Positions 50,015 through 59,763 of a DNA stretch of 64,000 nt are shown here, piece by piece (position 1 is the stretch's first letter; every line of letters begins with the position of its first letter). The position numbers were made by a program, and so were the translations under genes. The notes under the pieces were generated by a model. It worked only from the letters and a program-made list of their open reading frames with translations, was not told where the DNA came from and made no database searches. Source of the DNA: an uncultured delta proteobacterium (GTDB lineage: Bacteria; Myxococcota; Myxococcia; Myxococcales; 40CM-4-68-19); contig CAIWCD010000007.1 in the NCBI GenBank assembly GCA_903911145.1, positions 62,001-126,000 of the forward strand, written 5' to 3'.

Positions 50015-50951
50015 CTTCCGGACCGCATCCCGCCTCGCCGCGCTGGCGCTTTCGCTGCTCGTCGCCTCGTGCGCGACCACCGGCAAGGACACGCTCGACA
50101 TCAACAAGCCCGTCGACGCGACGCGGCCCGTGACGGGCGCCGAAGCGAGCAACGCCGAGAAGGCCTACAAGAAGGGCCTCGAGCAGAAGTCGAGCAGCAA
50201 CTACATCGACGCGACGAAATTCTTCGAGTACGTGCGCAACAATTTCCCGTACTCGCAGTTCGCGGCGCTCTCGGAGCTCGCGCTCGCCGACATGGCCTAC
50301 GAGCGGGCCGAGTTCGCGATCGCGGCGGCCGACTACGCCGACTTCGTCAAGGCCCACCCTTCGCATCCGAAGGCCGACTACGCGGCCTACCGCGTCGGCC
50401 TCGCGCACTTCGATGATCGCAGCTCGGAGTTCTTCATCTACCCGCCCGCGCACGAGAAGGATCAGGGACCGGTGCGGGCCGCGCTCGAGGCGCTGCAGAA
50501 GTTCGAGCATGTCTATCCGAAGAGCGAGCTGGTGCCTGATGCGCGGCGGCTGATGGACGAGTGCCGCTCGCGGCTGGCGGCCCACGCGCGCTACGTCGCG
50601 GACTTCTACTGGAAGCGCAAGGCCTGGACTGGCGCGGCCGGGCGCTATCTCGAGCTGGCCGATGCCTACGGAGATCTCAACAGCGGCAGCGTCCGCGCAG
50701 ACGCACTCTGGCGCGCGGCGCAGAGCTTCGAGAATGCCGGCCGCCCCGACGACGAGCGGACGATCCTGCGACGGCTGATCGAGGACGCGCCCAACGGTTC
50801 GCATCGCTCAGAGGCCGAACAGAAGATCGCGAATCTCGCTGCGCCGGTTGCGACGCCTGCGCCCGCCGCGGCGCCTGACCCTGCTGCAGCGCCCGCGGCC
50901 GTTCCGTCAACGCTGCCCGCAGCGCCAACCGCTCCTGCAGCGCAGCCGTGA
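49998..50951 (+). CDS. bamD: Outer membrane assembly lipoprotein BamD
   Basis: LVASC lipobox, FPYS, HPSHPKADYA.Y, DQ, ADFYWKR...AAGRY. Confidence 0.88.
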   Translation: MSMSSDFRTASRLAALALSLLVASCATTGKDTLDINKPVDATRPVTGAEASNAEKAYKKGLEQKSSSNYIDATKFFEYVRNNFPYSQFAALSELALADMAYERAEFAIAAADYADFVKAHPSHPKADYAAYRVGLAHFDDRSSEFFIYPPAHEKDQGPVRAALEALQKFEHVYPKSELVPDARRLMDECRSRLAAHARYVADFYWKRKAWTGAAGRYLELADAYGDLNSGSVRADALWRAAQSFENAGRPDDERTILRRLIEDAPNGSHRSEAEQKIANLAAPVATPAPAAAPDPAAAPAAVPSTLPAAPTAPAAQP

Positions 50952-51009
50952 ACGGCACAATGCAGCCTGCCAATTCGTCCCGCCGCGCGCGGGCCGCGAG
51001 GAGACCTCG

Positions 51010-51945
51010 ATGAGTGATCGCGCATTTCTGCTGCGGTTCATCAGCGGCAAATACCAAGGTGGCGAGTACCCGCTTCAGGAGGCAGGCGAGCTCGTCATCG
51101 GCCGCTCCTCCGAGCTGGACATGGTCCTCATCGAGGACATGGTCAGCCGCAAGCACGCAAAGATTTCTCTCGCACCCGGCCAGATCTCCATCGCCGATCT
51201 CGGCTCGACCAACGGCACGTTCGTCAACGGCGAAAAGATCAAGAAGGCGCGCCTCAAGGAAGGCGATCGCATTCTCATCGGCACGAGCATCCTGAAGCTG
51301 GTCGGCGCAGACAAGCAGGCTGGCGGAGCGGTGGTCGACACCAAGGCCGCGCAGCAGCAACTCGAGCGCACTGCGGCCGCGCAGGAGAAGAAGCAAGGTG
51401 GTCGCAGCGCAGTGGCGGGTCGCCTCGAGGAGGTGCCGCTCGTAGACCTGCTCCAGCTGCTCTCGACCTCGAAGAAGACGGGCGCGATCGTCATCAAGGG
51501 GTACCGGCAGGGGCGCGTCTATCTGCGCGGCGGCAAGGTCGTCAACGCGGTGATCGACGCGGACACGACGCTCTTGCCGAAGAAGGCGCTCAACCGGATG
51601 GTGATGTGGACGCAGGGTGGGTTCGAGTTCGTGCCGCAGGAGGGAGAGCTGCCGCCCTTCCCCAACGAGCTTTCCGAGCCGACCGAGCAACTGGTGATGG
51701 ACGCGATGCACCAGGCCGACGAGCTGGCGAGTGGGAATCTTCCTGCACCGACAATGGCCATCGGCCTCTCGATGCCCCTGACCGCGCCGCTGCGCGACCT
51801 TCCCCCGGACGAGATCGATCTGATCCAGCTCGTGCACAACTACGGCGTCGTGCAGGCCGTGCTCGATCGTGCATCGGGGAGCGATCTCGAGACGGCGCAG
51901 AAGATTGCGTCGCTGCTGGCGCGCGGGTATGTGCGGCAATTTTAG
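51010..51945 (+). CDS. FHA domain plus DUF4388 (PatA-N-like) protein
   Basis: IGR, VSRKHA, DLGSTNGTFVNG (FHA); GRLEEVPLVDLLQLL...KTG (DUF4388). Confidence 0.88.
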   Translation: MSDRAFLLRFISGKYQGGEYPLQEAGELVIGRSSELDMVLIEDMVSRKHAKISLAPGQISIADLGSTNGTFVNGEKIKKARLKEGDRILIGTSILKLVGADKQAGGAVVDTKAAQQQLERTAAAQEKKQGGRSAVAGRLEEVPLVDLLQLLSTSKKTGAIVIKGYRQGRVYLRGGKVVNAVIDADTTLLPKKALNRMVMWTQGGFEFVPQEGELPPFPNELSEPTEQLVMDAMHQADELASGNLPAPTMAIGLSMPLTAPLRDLPPDEIDLIQLVHNYGVVQAVLDRASGSDLETAQKIASLLARGYVRQF

Positions 51946-51964
51946 TTTGAGTGCAAACTAAAAT
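51939..51964. promoter_or_regulatory. AT-rich 11-4-11 palindrome at a convergent junction
   Basis: ATTTTAGTTTG-AGTG-CAAACTAAAAT, overlapping the stop of the FHA gene. Confidence 0.45.
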
Positions 51965-52026
51965 CGTTGGCATAGCAATCATTGGAGTGCCAACGATCTC
52001 TGCGGCGCGCGAGAGTCGGCCGCGCA

Positions 52027-52680
52027 TTACGGAGACAGGCGCAGCTTGAGCGCGAGCGGAATCGCAGGACTGGTTTCGCCGCCGAGCAGCCAATCGCCGC
52101 GCGGATCGTGAGCGAAGGTTCCCGTGTTGGCGTCGGCGATCGCGCACGCGCTGCAGTAGACCTGCGTGGGCACGTGGCCGGTTGCATCGGGAGCATCGTC
52201 GATGAACACGAGATGCCGCCGGCCGCGCCAGTCGCCGCTCCCCGCGGGCCAGGCCGCCGAGAGAGTCAGCCGGACCGTGAGCAGCGCGGTCGAGCGCGCG
52301 TCTGCCCCGAGATGATCTCCGCGGACGCTGCCCGCAACCCGCGTGAGCTGAACCTTCGCGTCGTCGATCGACAGCGAGACGTGCAGCTCGGCCGTCCGCG
52401 CGAGGTGCTCGAGCAGCGCCGCCTGCTCGCTCGCGTCGAGCTGCCCATTGCGATCGCGATCAAAAATCGCGCGCAGCGCCTGCGCGGGCGGACCCGGCGC
52501 GATCTCCTCGTCGATGACAAGCTCGATGCGCGACGCGGAGAGCCGCAGCTCGTCTCGCTTGGGGTGATCGAGCGGGTGCGAACGGGCCTCGCGCGCAACG
52601 AGAATCGCGACCAGCGCGAGCCCGATGAGCGCCAGCGAAGGAGCGCACCGCGCCCCGGCCAGCTCTGGACTACGAGCCAC
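52027..52680 (-). CDS. Secreted hypothetical protein with an EF-hand-like loop
   Basis: Signal peptide then HPLDH; DRDRNGQLDASE; overlaps the upstream gene's end. Confidence 0.6.
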   Translation of the reverse strand: MARSPELAGARCAPSLALIGLALVAILVAREARSHPLDHPKRDELRLSASRIELVIDEEIAPGPPAQALRAIFDRDRNGQLDASEQAALLEHLARTAELHVSLSIDDAKVQLTRVAGSVRGDHLGADARSTALLTVRLTLSAAWPAGSGDWRGRRHLVFIDDAPDATGHVPTQVYCSACAIADANTGTFAHDPRGDWLLGGETSPAIPLALKLRLSP

Positions 52681-54172
52681 CGTCGGTTGGCGCGGCGAAC
52701 GAGAAGGTGTTGGAGACGGTCTCGTTCGCGAGCGAGCCCTGCGAGTTGAAGAGCGTTCCGGCGCCCGGATCGAACGTGCGCGTCACCGTCGCGCTGACCG
52801 TGCACTGCGAGATGCCGGTGTTCCCGGAGATCTGCGGCGAACCGAAGGACTGCAACTGCGTGTCGGTCTCCTGCCGATAGGTGCTGGGAAGTCCGGGCCC
52901 GCTGATGTTGCCGGTCGGCGGATCGAAGAGGATCCCCGGATTGTGCGGATCGAGCTTCGGCACCGCGTTGAACACGTTGCCGGTGAGCGAACCGTCGGGG
53001 TTGCAGGCCGCCGCAAGCGCGAATCCGTCGGAGCCATCGGCGCTGTCAACGGCGAGCTTATTGAAGTTGATGTCGTTGAGCCGCACGACCAGGTTGTTGA
53101 GTTTCGCGCCGCTCGGCGTGCCCGTGACATGAGAGCCGTGCGTCGAGTTGCTGACGTCGGCCTCACCGCTCCAGATGATGCGCAGCGCGCGCCAGACCAT
53201 GCGCGGGTTCTGCTGCTGGCCGCCCGAGTTGTCGTCGTACCTGCCGTTGCCGTTGACGTCGATGAAGAACTCGCCGGTGTCGTGCACGTTGTTGTCGTTC
53301 GAGTCGACGAACGGTTCGCCGTTCGCGTTCTGATCGAAGAAGCCGGGGACGCCCGGAACCGCAACCATCAAGGTCGCCACGCCATCGCGCGGGTTGTGCG
53401 TGATGCCGTTGTTGCCGACCCAGCACGGCTCGGCATCGCAGGTGGTCGGATCGTTGCTGCAGATGTTCGGACAGAGTGAGCGGGCATGTCCGTCGGGGCC
53501 AAACGGGTCGACGTCAAGCGGCGGAGTCGCGCCCGGGTTGATCGTGTAGACGAGCAGCTGCTTGCCCGAGGTGTTGTCGGTGATCCACGAAAGCTCGCCC
53601 GCCTCGGCGTAGGGCTCGATCGACGCGTTCGGAATCACCGCGCCATTCGCGTCGACGGCGTTGGCGGTGCAGAGCACGTGGATCGGATTCGCCAACTCCG
53701 GAACGAGCCCCCCGACGTTCTGCGAGGCGCAGGAGAACTGGAGCGACGTCGCCAAGCTGCCGGCGGGCGTGAGCGCGACGGTGACCGCCTGGCTGACCGA
53801 ACTGCCGCTGAACGATGAACTCGCAGTGATCGTGATGTTGCCGCGACCGCGGCGCGGGACCGTGAGCACAGCCGTCGCCGCGCCAGACTGTGAATTGACG
53901 TCGACGACGAGCGGGTTGGCCGTGGGTGTTCCGTCGATCGTGAAGACGCCGTCGGTGGCGACGAAGTGGACGGGCGTGCCATCTGTCGCGGGGGCGCCGC
54001 CGCTGGTGACCTTGGCCGTCACGGTGATTGGGCTCTGACCGTCGCCGCCGATGCTGGTGGGCGAGGCGGTCACGCTGAGCGCGGGCGTCGTCGAGCAGGC
54101 ACCGAGAGCGAGGGCGAGTGGGAGGATGACGAGCAGATGTGTTCGGGCCGCGGTTCGGACGGGTCGGGTCAT
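52670..54172 (-). CDS. Lipoprotein with bacterial Ig-like (Big_1/invasin-type) domain and Ca-binding repeats
   Basis: LGAC lipobox; DGTPVHF.AT.G Ig motif; GEPFVDSNDNNVHDTGEFFIDVNGNGRYD. Confidence 0.75.
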   Translation of the reverse strand: MTRPVRTAARTHLLVILPLALALGACSTTPALSVTASPTSIGGDGQSPITVTAKVTSGGAPATDGTPVHFVATDGVFTIDGTPTANPLVVDVNSQSGAATAVLTVPRRGRGNITITASSSFSGSSVSQAVTVALTPAGSLATSLQFSCASQNVGGLVPELANPIHVLCTANAVDANGAVIPNASIEPYAEAGELSWITDNTSGKQLLVYTINPGATPPLDVDPFGPDGHARSLCPNICSNDPTTCDAEPCWVGNNGITHNPRDGVATLMVAVPGVPGFFDQNANGEPFVDSNDNNVHDTGEFFIDVNGNGRYDDNSGGQQQNPRMVWRALRIIWSGEADVSNSTHGSHVTGTPSGAKLNNLVVRLNDINFNKLAVDSADGSDGFALAAACNPDGSLTGNVFNAVPKLDPHNPGILFDPPTGNISGPGLPSTYRQETDTQLQSFGSPQISGNTGISQCTVSATVTRTFDPGAGTLFNSQGSLANETVSNTFSFAAPTDGGS

Positions 54173-54305
54173 AGGAGTCTGACAATCTAGCCCAAGCGGA
54201 GAGCACAGAAAGAAAAGAGCAGAGCGTCGAAATGATGTCGGGCGTGAAAGAAGCGGCGTTGGCGCGCGTAGAGGTCAACACCAGTCGAAATCCAGGGAGG
54301 CCATC

Positions 54306-54542
54306 ATGATCCGCACTGCTCTCGCATTCGCCTTCGCCGCTGTGGTGGGACTTGTCGCGCTGAAGGTCGCGTTCGGTGTTCTCGGCGGAGCGATCGGGAT
54401 CGCCTTCGCGCTCGGATGGTTCGCGCTCAAGCTGGTCTGCATCGGCGGAGCGGTCTACTTCGCGCTCTCGATCGTCAGCCCCGACAGCGCCGCGCGCGTT
54501 CGGGGCGCACTCGGTGTCGGCGGAACTCCGCGCCCCTCTTGA
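54306..54542 (+). CDS. Small membrane protein
   Basis: GGAGG RBS, ATG, 78-aa hydrophobic ORF. Confidence 0.7.
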   Translation: MIRTALAFAFAAVVGLVALKVAFGVLGGAIGIAFALGWFALKLVCIGGAVYFALSIVSPDSAARVRGALGVGGTPRPS

Positions 54543-54581
54543 CTTTGGCGAGTTCACCCGGGTGGGCAGCTCTGCTATGGT

Positions 54582-55685
54582 GTGAACGTGCGCTGCCTCC
54601 GTCTCCCCATCGCTCTGCTGCTCGCGCTCGGTGCGTCTGCATCGCGAGCGGACGTGCCTGCCGGTCCGGCTGCGCGTGCAGAGGGCAGCCCACTCGTCGT
54701 CGTGCTCGACCCGGGCCACGGCGGACCGTTCCCGCACGATGGAGCGCACGGGGCCAAGGGACTCGTCGAGAAGAGCATCGCGCTGCAGATCGCAAAGCGA
54801 CTTCGCGAACAGCTCGAGGCCGCAGGGGCGACGGTGCTGCTGACGCGCGAGGATGACGCGGCCGACGTCTCGCTGGCCGATCGCGCACGCTTCGCCAACG
54901 AGGCCAACGCGGATCTCTTCGTCTCCATCCACTGCAACTCGATGGCGACGCGCCACGATCGCGCTGTGACGCGCGGAGTGGAGAGCTACTTTCTCTCGCC
55001 CGACCCGACCGACGCGGAGGCGAAGCTGCTCGCCGAACTCGAGAACGGCGGGCCGACGGCGGTGCCGGTGCCGAAGACGGGGAACGCGGTCTCGGGACTG
55101 CTCGCCGATCTCGCGCTTGGCCAGGCGCGAAACGACAGCGCCGCGCTCGCCGAGACGCTGCATCACTCGCTCGTGAAGCGAACCGGCGCGCCGAGCCGTG
55201 GCCTGCGCCAGGCGCCGTTCCTCGTCCTCTCTGCGACACGCATGCCCTCGGCGCTGATCGAGGTCGGCTTCATCTCGCATCCGGGCGAAGGTCGACTGCT
55301 CGCGAAAGAGGCGTACCAGGACAAGATCGCCGAGGCACTCGCGCAGGGAGTCCGCGATTTCGCCGCGCACGTCCTGATGCGCCGGCTGCTCCCGCCCACC
55401 GAGGACGCGCGCGCCGCCCTGCTCGCCCAGCGCAGCGAGGCTGCGAAGGAGCGCAGCGAGAGAATGGGGCCGCAGGGCGGATCGTTGGAACACAAAGCAT
55501 CTGCGCAAACCGAGGCTGGGAGCGGTCCGGCGGTCACGGCGCCGAATCCCGCTGCAGCACCGAGCAGCCCGGCCCCGGGTGACACCGCTGCGACGGCACA
55601 GGCACCTTCCGAAGCAGAGAAGCTCGGCGCGACCGCAGCAACCCCGATAGCAACGCCCGTCGCGCCCCCCGCAAGTACGCCCTGA
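54582..55685 (+). CDS. N-acetylmuramoyl-L-alanine amidase (Amidase_3)
   Basis: LDPGHGG, EK, LTREDD, SIHCN, MPSALIEVGFIS; Ala/Pro tail. Confidence 0.93.
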   Translation: MNVRCLRLPIALLLALGASASRADVPAGPAARAEGSPLVVVLDPGHGGPFPHDGAHGAKGLVEKSIALQIAKRLREQLEAAGATVLLTREDDAADVSLADRARFANEANADLFVSIHCNSMATRHDRAVTRGVESYFLSPDPTDAEAKLLAELENGGPTAVPVPKTGNAVSGLLADLALGQARNDSAALAETLHHSLVKRTGAPSRGLRQAPFLVLSATRMPSALIEVGFISHPGEGRLLAKEAYQDKIAEALAQGVRDFAAHVLMRRLLPPTEDARAALLAQRSEAAKERSERMGPQGGSLEHKASAQTEAGSGPAVTAPNPAAAPSSPAPGDTAATAQAPSEAEKLGATAATPIATPVAPPASTP

Positions 55686-55726
55686 GAAGTCTCCCGACTC
55701 TCGCAATTTCTCTCCGTCCGGACCAA

Positions 55727-55853
55727 GCCGCGGGGCCGTGGTGATGCTGGCCGCGCGCAGTTCAGGGGCGGCCGCAAGATCCCCCGCAGCGAGCACGGAC
55801 GTCAGCCGCGGATGCATGTTTGAGCACGGCCAGCGTTACCACGGCCCCGCGGC
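55727..55853 (+). repeat. Structured intergenic element, family 2, copy 2
   Basis: 27-bp closing stem, complete on the + strand with two G-U pairs; core matches the reverse complement of 2485-2617. Confidence 0.75.
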
Positions 55854-55893
55854 GAGCATTGAGCTGGCCGCCAAACCGCGGTAGCAAGCGCCC

Positions 55894-56652
55894 ATGCGTC
55901 AAGGCCGCCAGACAGACCAGCTCCGCTCCGTCGTCATCACCACCGACTTTACCGACCACCCCGAAGGCAGCGTGCTCTGCTGCTTCGGGCGCACGCGCGT
56001 TCTCTGCACTGCGACTGCCGAGGAGAAGGTTCCCAGCCACGTGAAGAACTCCGGGCGCGGCTGGGTCACCGCCGAGTACGGGATGCTCCCGCGCGCGACG
56101 CACACGCGCTCCGATCGGGAAGCGGCGAAGGGAAAGCAGCAGGGACGCACGCAGGAGATCCAGCGACTGATCGGGCGCAGCCTGCGCGCGGCGGTCGATC
56201 TGGTCGCGATGGGCGAGCGGCAGATCGTCATCGACTGCGACGTTCTTCAGGCCGATGGCGGCACGCGGACGGCGGCGATCACGGGCGCGTATGTGGCGCT
56301 GGGGATCGCGCTGCGCCGCATGCAGCGCGGCTCGGCGATGCGTCCGCCGGTTTCGGCCGTGAGCGTGGGACTGCTCAAGGGCGAGCTGCTCGTCGACCTC
56401 GATTACAACGAAGACTCGACCGCGGATGTCGATCTCAACGTCGTCTCGAACGCGGCGGGAGAGCTGCTCGAGGTACAGGGAACCGCTGAGCACAAGCCGT
56501 TCACGCCTGCGCAGCTTGCAGCGATGGTCGAGGCCGCGACGCGTGCCTGCAGCCAGCTCCACCTCGCGCAACAGGTCGCGCTCGATGAGTGCGCAGCGCG
56601 CGATCTGGCCCGCCACGCAGCAGCGGGGGCGAGCGGAGGCAAGGGCCGATGA
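55894..56652 (+). CDS. rph: Ribonuclease PH
   Basis: [53 protein letters not shown]. Confidence 0.97.
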   Translation: MRQGRQTDQLRSVVITTDFTDHPEGSVLCCFGRTRVLCTATAEEKVPSHVKNSGRGWVTAEYGMLPRATHTRSDREAAKGKQQGRTQEIQRLIGRSLRAAVDLVAMGERQIVIDCDVLQADGGTRTAAITGAYVALGIALRRMQRGSAMRPPVSAVSVGLLKGELLVDLDYNEDSTADVDLNVVSNAAGELLEVQGTAEHKPFTPAQLAAMVEAATRACSQLHLAQQVALDECAARDLARHAAAGASGGKGR

Positions 56653-57263
56653 GACTGCTCGTCGCGACCAGCAACGAAGGCAAGCTCGGAGAGGTGCGCG
56701 AGATCCTCGCGCCGTTGCTCGCGGGCGGCCCGCACCAGCTCTTCTCTCTTGCGGGGCTCGCCCTGCCCGCTCCGGCCGAAACGGGCGAGACGTTCCACGA
56801 CAACGCTGCGATCAAGGCGAGCGAGAGCGCGCTCGCGAGCGGTCTGTGGACGCTCGCCGACGACAGCGGGATTTGCGTCGACGCGCTCTCGGGCGCGCCA
56901 GGCGTGCGTTCGGCGCGCTATGCCAATTCGGACGACGCGCGTCGCCAGAAGCTGCTCGGCGCGCTCTCCTCGGTTCCTGCGGCCCGTCGCGGGGCGCACT
57001 TCTTCTGCGCGGTCGCGCTCGCCTCGCCGGACGGCAAGCGAATCTTCCGTGCCGAGGGACGCGTTGACGGACAGATCGCCCTTGCTGCGCGAGGCGCGGG
57101 CGGCTTCGGGTACGATCCGATCTTCATCCCTGACGAGACGCCGGCGCAGACGCTTGCGGAGCTCTCCGTCGACGAGAAGAACAAGCTCAGCCATCGCGGC
57201 CGCGCGCTGGCCCGCCTGGCCCCTCTGCTCGAGCGCCTGCTGCGCGACGGCGATCTCGCATGA
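56649..57263 (+). CDS. rdgB: RdgB/HAM1 non-canonical purine NTP pyrophosphatase
   Basis: [37 protein letters not shown]. Confidence 0.95.
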   Translation: MRLLVATSNEGKLGEVREILAPLLAGGPHQLFSLAGLALPAPAETGETFHDNAAIKASESALASGLWTLADDSGICVDALSGAPGVRSARYANSDDARRQKLLGALSSVPAARRGAHFFCAVALASPDGKRIFRAEGRVDGQIALAARGAGGFGYDPIFIPDETPAQTLAELSVDEKNKLSHRGRALARLAPLLERLLRDGDLA

Positions 57264-57334
57264 CGCAGAAATCTCTTTGGCAGCAGTGCTTGCACTCGCG
57301 AGGTCTTCCTGCTAATTCCCCGCGCCGCATTTGA

Positions 57335-57408
<74 letters not shown>

Positions 57409-57443
57409 CTTTCGCGGATGTAGAGGCACAGGTGAGGGTTTAC

Positions 57444-57520
57444 GCGCCAGTAGCTCAGTTGGATAGAGCATCGGCCTTCTAAGCCGGCGGTCGGGGGTTC
57501 GATTCCCTCCTGGCGCGCCA
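57444..57520 (+). tRNA. tRNA-Arg(TCT)
   Basis: GCGCCAG/CTGGCGC, anticodon loop CT TCT AA, T-arm GGTTCGATTCC, CCA end. Confidence 0.95.
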
Positions 57521-57558
57521 GTTGAACCCGGTGCAGAAGAGGTGAAGCGGTCGTCTGT

Positions 57559-57631
57559 GGTGGCTGTAGATCAATGGTAGATCACTGGACTGTGACTCCA
57601 GGTGTTGCGGGTTCGAGTCCCGTCAGCCACC
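57559..57631 (+). tRNA. tRNA-His(GTG)
   Basis: G-1 plus GTGGCTG/CAGCCAC, C discriminator, CTGGA-CT GTG AC-TCCAG; CCA not encoded. Confidence 0.93.
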
Positions 57632-57693
57632 CCTTTTTTCCACCCTCGACGAACAGACAGAAGGCAGCCAAAAAAGGAGTGCGAATCGACTCC

Positions 57694-57722
57694 TTGACAC
57701 CCGCGCAGATCGCAAGTAAACA
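57694..57722 (+). promoter_or_regulatory. Probable sigma70 promoter of tRNA-Lys
   Basis: TTGACA-N17-TAAACA with GC-rich discriminator. Confidence 0.5.
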
Positions 57723-57747
57723 GCGCGGCCTCTTTCGCCAAGACTTC

Positions 57748-57823
57748 GGGAGCGTAGCTCAATTGGCAGAGCAATGGACTCTTAATCCATAGGTTGAAGG
57801 TTCGATTCCTTCCGCTCTCACCA
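57748..57823 (+). tRNA. tRNA-Lys(CTT)
   Basis: GGGAGCG/CGCTCTC, ATGGA-CT CTT AA-TCCAT, CCA end. Confidence 0.95.
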
Positions 57824-57827
57824 GTGC

Positions 57828-57864
57828 AGGCCCCAGGATTCGCGTCCTGGGGCCTTTTTCTTTT
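57828..57864 (+). terminator. Intrinsic terminator after tRNA-Lys
   Basis: AGGCCCCAGGA...TCCTGGGGCCT hairpin plus TTTTCTTTT. Confidence 0.85.
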
Positions 57865-57930
57865 CGTCGCCCCCCGGCCGCCATTGACGCCCGACGGCCC
57901 CTTCCGCTATGTGAGCGCCGTTTCGTCATT

Positions 57931-58015
57931 GCGAGAGTGGCGGAACTGGCAGACGCGCTGGCCTTAGGAGCCAGTGAGGCAACTCGTGCGGGTTCGAGTC
58001 CCGCCTCTCGCACCA
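57931..58015 (+). tRNA. tRNA-Leu(TAG)
   Basis: GCGAGAG/CTCTCGC, CTGGC-CT TAG GA-GCCAG, long variable arm, CCA end. Confidence 0.95.
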
Positions 58016-58044
58016 ACCTGCGCTCTTGAGAGAGCGCGCTTCAT

Positions 58045-58075
58045 CGGCCCCGCCGCTGCACGGGGCCGTTTTTTT
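58045..58075 (+). terminator. Intrinsic terminator between tRNA-Leu and tig
   Basis: CGGCCCCG/CGGGGCCG stem followed by T7. Confidence 0.8.
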
Positions 58076-58095
58076 CTCTCCCGGAGGTAGTCCCC

Positions 58096-59373
58096 GTGGT
58101 CCAGTCGCGCGTCGAAGATCTCAGCCCTGTCGTCAAGCGTCTCTCTGTCGAGCTCGCGCCCGAGCAGGTCAAGCGGGAGTTCGAGAGCGCGGTGACGCAG
58201 CTCTCGCGGACCGTGCGGCTCAAGGGCTATCGCGCCGGACACGCGCCGCGACGACTCGTCGAGCGCCACTTCGCGGACGACCTCAAGCGCGACGTCGCGC
58301 AGAAGCTCGTGCATCTCTCGATCAACGAGGCGCTCAACGAGCACAAGCTCGATCCCGTCGCGCCGCCCCGCGTGGAGAACGGCGAGGTCCTGAACGGTGA
58401 AGTGTTCAAGTACGTCGCCACTGTCGAAGTGCGTCCGGTGGTGGACCCGAAGGAGTACGAGGGTCTCGCAGCTCCCCGCTCCGACGCTGCGCTGAGCGCC
58501 GCCGAGGTCGATGAGCGCCTCGAGGAGATGCGCACGGAGCAGTCGGTGTTCACCGAGGTCGAAGGCCGCGACGTCGTCGAGGCGGGCGACTACGCGACTG
58601 TGGATTACGTCGGCACGATGGACGGCGCGCCCCTGCGTGGCGCTTCGCGCGAGGGTGTGCTCCTCGAGATGGTTCCGGGATCGCTGCTCGAGAACAAGGC
58701 CGAGGCGCTCGTCGGTGCGCGCATCGGCGAGACGCGCGAGCTGGGCGTTACGTTCCCGAACGACTACGCAGTCGAAGATCTGCGCGGCAAGGAGGCCTCG
58801 TTCATGGCCACCGTCAAGGGCATGAAGCGGCGCAAGACGCCTGAGCTCGACGACGCGTTTGCGAAGGATCTCGGCATGGAGTCGCTCGCGAGCCTGCGCA
58901 CGCAGGTCGAGAAGGATCTCGGCGAGCGGCACAAGGAGAAGCTCGAGTCGGCGCAGCGCGAGGCGCTCCTGAATGCGCTGCTCGCGAAGAATCCGATCGA
59001 GGCGCCGCCCGCGCTGGTTGAGCGCAACGTCGACGCGATGCTGCGCGGAATGCTCGAGGGCTTCGAGCGCCGCGGCCTCGACGTCTCGCAACTCGGCGTC
59101 AATCTCGATCGCCTGCGCGATGACCTGCGCGAGCGCGCCCAGACGGAAGTGAAGGCGTATCTCGTGCTCGACGCGATCGGCGACAAGGAGAAGATCGAAG
59201 TCACCGACGAGGATCTCGAGAAGCAGTTCGCGAAGATGGCGGGCGAGATGAACCAGACGCCGGACAAGGTGAAGCTGGCCTTCAAGCGCGCCGATGCGCT
59301 CGCGTCGCTCAAGAGCCGCCTCAAGCAGGACAAGGCGTACCAGTTCATTCTCGCGAAGGCGTCGTTGAGCTAG
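58096..59373 (+). CDS. tig: Trigger factor
   Basis: LKGYRAGHAP (GFRxGxxP variant), FKBP-like TFPNDY...LRGKEA, upstream of clpP. Confidence 0.93.
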   Translation: MVQSRVEDLSPVVKRLSVELAPEQVKREFESAVTQLSRTVRLKGYRAGHAPRRLVERHFADDLKRDVAQKLVHLSINEALNEHKLDPVAPPRVENGEVLNGEVFKYVATVEVRPVVDPKEYEGLAAPRSDAALSAAEVDERLEEMRTEQSVFTEVEGRDVVEAGDYATVDYVGTMDGAPLRGASREGVLLEMVPGSLLENKAEALVGARIGETRELGVTFPNDYAVEDLRGKEASFMATVKGMKRRKTPELDDAFAKDLGMESLASLRTQVEKDLGERHKEKLESAQREALLNALLAKNPIEAPPALVERNVDAMLRGMLEGFERRGLDVSQLGVNLDRLRDDLRERAQTEVKAYLVLDAIGDKEKIEVTDEDLEKQFAKMAGEMNQTPDKVKLAFKRADALASLKSRLKQDKAYQFILAKASLS

Positions 59374-59380
59374 GCCGGTC

Positions 59381-59628
59381 GGCGCGCGCAAGCGGCGGGG
59401 AACTCGGCGGCGAACACGCGCCTGTGCGCTCTCTGCGCGATGCGCGGCGGTCGGTCGTGGAGTGTGCGGAGTTCGAGACGCCCCTTCGGGGATGCGGTCT
59501 CCGCTCACGAGCGCGCCTTTTGGTCCCGGACCTTGGCGCTGGGCTTATCGGACGCGATTCACGACTGAGCGTCGTGATGGTCGGAGCGAAATGTTCGCCG
59601 TCCGAGCTCCCCGCCGCTTGAGCGCGCC
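59381..59628 (+). repeat. Structured element family 1, copy A
   Basis: 36/37-nt closing inverted repeat (two mismatches, one bulge); motifs ACACGCGCCTGT, CGTGGAG, GCGCCTTTTGGTCCCGGACC, CGGAGCGAAATGT. Confidence 0.85.
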
Positions 59629-59763
59629 TCTGCAGATGAGACGCATCGACGACGGGCGCGATGCGGGTGCGCCGGTTCTGCGCCAAGAAGAATCAAAGAC
59701 AAGAGAACATCACGCTGCTTTTCTTTGCTTGTCCCCTCGATCGACACGACCTGCATTTCGCCA

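Noticed and set aside
57559..57631. tRNA-His with a GATC/GATC D-stem and no encoded CCA
   Set aside because: Pairing is intact, and post-transcriptional CCA addition is common.
59381..59628. Family-1 or family-2 cores as hammerhead, HDV-like, group II domain V or cobalamin riboswitch
   Set aside because: I could not find CUGANGA, the HDV nested pseudoknot, the domain V AGC triad hairpin or a B12 box by eye; a formal Rfam search is still needed.
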